Below are positions 62,772 through 64,000 of a DNA stretch of 64,000 nt, piece by piece. Numbering within the stretch: the stretch's first letter is position 1; every line of letters begins with the position of its first letter. This stretch comes from a virus. Taxonomy: Duplodnaviria > Heunggongvirae > Uroviricota > Caudoviricetes. Where the stretch lies: the IMG/VR virus record IMGVR_UViG_3300017650_000002; one strand, given 5' to 3'. Under the pieces are notes generated by a model. The model saw only the letters and a list, made by a program, of their open reading frames with translations, ran no database searches and was not told where the DNA came from. Position numbers and translations under genes: made by a program.

Positions 62772-64000
62772 ATGAAACCAATTTTCAATTGGGATAAGGC
62801 CACAGTCTTCGACATCGAAGGGGATGGTCTTCTAGATGAAATTACAAAGATGCACGTCCTTTCCTTTCAAATGCAAGGAAAGGATGACGTATCCAGTATC
62901 GATCCGCGAGACGGGATGGAACGTGTGGAGAAGATGTTCAAGTGGCACATTGACAATCAGGTGCCCGTAATTGCCCACTATGGTATCTTGTTCGACATTC
63001 CAGCCTTGGAAAAGTTGTTTGGATTTGATCTTTCAGAGTTGATGGTGATCGATACTGTAGCTGTCTCTTGGTATCTGAACACAGACCGAAAGCTTCACGG
63101 TCTGGACAGCTTTCATGAGGACTACGGCATTAAGAAGCCTGAGATTGATGACTGGAAGAACTTGACATACGAAGAGTACCGTCATCGTTGTGAAGAGGAC
63201 GTTAAGATTAACAAGGCCCTCTGGGAGGACTTGAAGGGTAGGCTGATTGAGATGTACACCCTAGCCCAGGCTGAGATTGATGCAGGAAATGTGGGCGGAA
63301 CCCGTATGTCTGCGGATGAAGAAATCTTCCTAGACCAGTTTAAGGGGGATTCTGTAGAGAATGCTATCAACCGTATCTTGACATTTCTAATGTTTAAGAT
63401 GGATTGCGCACGGCTACAGGAAAAGACCGAGTGGGACTTGGACATGGACTTCTTGAATGAGTCCTTGGAAGGCATGTACGAGAAGCTTGAAAAGGCCAAG
63501 GGTGAGCTTGAAAGCGTTATGCCTAAGATTCCTAAGTACTCTGATAAGAAGAAGCCTGCAAAGCCCTTTAAGGCCAATGGTGAGAAATCTGCCGCTGGGC
63601 TATCCTGGGATGCTGTGCTAAAGGACTACCAGGAGAAAACTGTGGACGAGTTTGGTACACGTCTGGTTATCGACAGCGATAAGGAAGACTGCCTTAGGGT
63701 TCTGAAGAAGTACGAGGAGCCCAACGCAGGAAGTAGCGATCAGATCAAAGCTTTGTTGTTTTCAAAGGGCTGGATTCCCCAGACATTTAAATATGTCAAG
63801 GATGAGGAAGCATTCAACCTCTGGATCGCCAGCAAGCCTACAGAGGGTAGCCCAAGGTTTATGTGGACTCACTGGAAGGAATCCAAACCCAAGGAACGTG
63901 CCATTCCACAGGTTACTAAGGCAGGAGAGGACGGCAGAGAGCTTTGTGAGTCTGTAGAGGACTTGGCAGAGGAAGTACCTGAAATTCGTCTGTACAGCAC
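62772..64000 (+). CDS. DNA polymerase I family (family A) with N-terminal 3'-5' exonuclease domain, truncated by window end
   Basis: Exo I motif VFDIEGDGL, Exo II-like HYGILFDIPAL; AAGGAG RBS; reading frame open to the window end. Confidence 0.7.
   Translation, partial: MKPIFNWDKATVFDIEGDGLLDEITKMHVLSFQMQGKDDVSSIDPRDGMERVEKMFKWHIDNQVPVIAHYGILFDIPALEKLFGFDLSELMVIDTVAVSWYLNTDRKLHGLDSFHEDYGIKKPEIDDWKNLTYEEYRHRCEEDVKINKALWEDLKGRLIEMYTLAQAEIDAGNVGGTRMSADEEIFLDQFKGDSVENAINRILTFLMFKMDCARLQEKTEWDLDMDFLNESLEGMYEKLEKAKGELESVMPKIPKYSDKKKPAKPFKANGEKSAAGLSWDAVLKDYQEKTVDEFGTRLVIDSDKEDCLRVLKKYEEPNAGSSDQIKALLFSKGWIPQTFKYVKDEEAFNLWIASKPTEGSPRFMWTHWKESKPKERAIPQVTKAGEDGRELCESVEDLAEEVPEIRLYS

Noticed and set aside
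63182-63577. 131-aa minus-strand ORF near the window end
   Set aside because: Antisense to the DNA polymerase gene; Ser-rich low-complexity translation.

Overview
This 64 kb window appears to be entirely bacteriophage DNA, about 42% GC, from a contractile-tailed (myovirus-type) phage with a T7-like replication module. It has four blocks. Block 1 (1-9.9 kb, + strand) is a run of small early ORFs punctuated by near-consensus sigma70 promoters and GC-hairpin terminators; it includes a repeated terminator/promoter cassette and a lone reverse-strand gene flanked by long structured non-coding DNA. Block 2 (9.9-29.0 kb, all - strand) is a DNA/RNA-metabolism arm: a possible primase-polymerase-like protein, an ATP-dependent DNA ligase, endonuclease VII, a MazG-like pyrophosphatase, a polynucleotide-kinase-like P-loop kinase and an Rnl2-like RNA ligase (a putative tRNA-repair pair), a metallophosphatase, a UvrD-like helicase, a SleB-like cell-wall hydrolase, dCMP deaminase and a second small deaminase, a ClpP-like protease, PhoH, an SPFH-domain lipoprotein with a small membrane partner, and two AP2-domain HNH-like homing endonucleases. 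A divergent AT-rich regulatory hub at 29.0-29.4 kb carries a 4x10-bp tandem repeat and strong outward promoters. Block 3 (29.4-57.7 kb, + strand) starts with a tRNA cluster (Met/CAU, Thr, Pro, Leu, Glu, plus degenerate tRNA-like sequences) interleaved with homing-endonuclease genes. It continues with terminase, portal, prohead protease, scaffold, a decoration protein, a lambda-E-like major capsid protein, a tail sheath, three tandem tube-like paralogs, a tape-measure gene apparently split by a free-standing HNH endonuclease, a Mu-like baseplate (V/W/J/I), tail fibre and its chaperone, and a lysis cassette (SAR endolysin, overlapping i-/o-spanins, holin-like proteins). Block 4 (57.7-64 kb) holds a dNMP-kinase-like gene on the - strand, a T7 gp4-like primase-helicase, and a family-A DNA polymerase that is truncated by the window edge. 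The most unusual items are two paralogous ORFs (12.6-13.3 kb and 58.8-59.6 kb) at about 62-65% GC that share nucleotide-level repeat motifs; a 39-bp hairpin-containing element repeated at 34.9 kb and 47.8 kb next to homing-endonuclease genes; and the structured non-coding regions around 6.3-8.3 kb, 31.0-31.2 kb and 32.7-33.1 kb.
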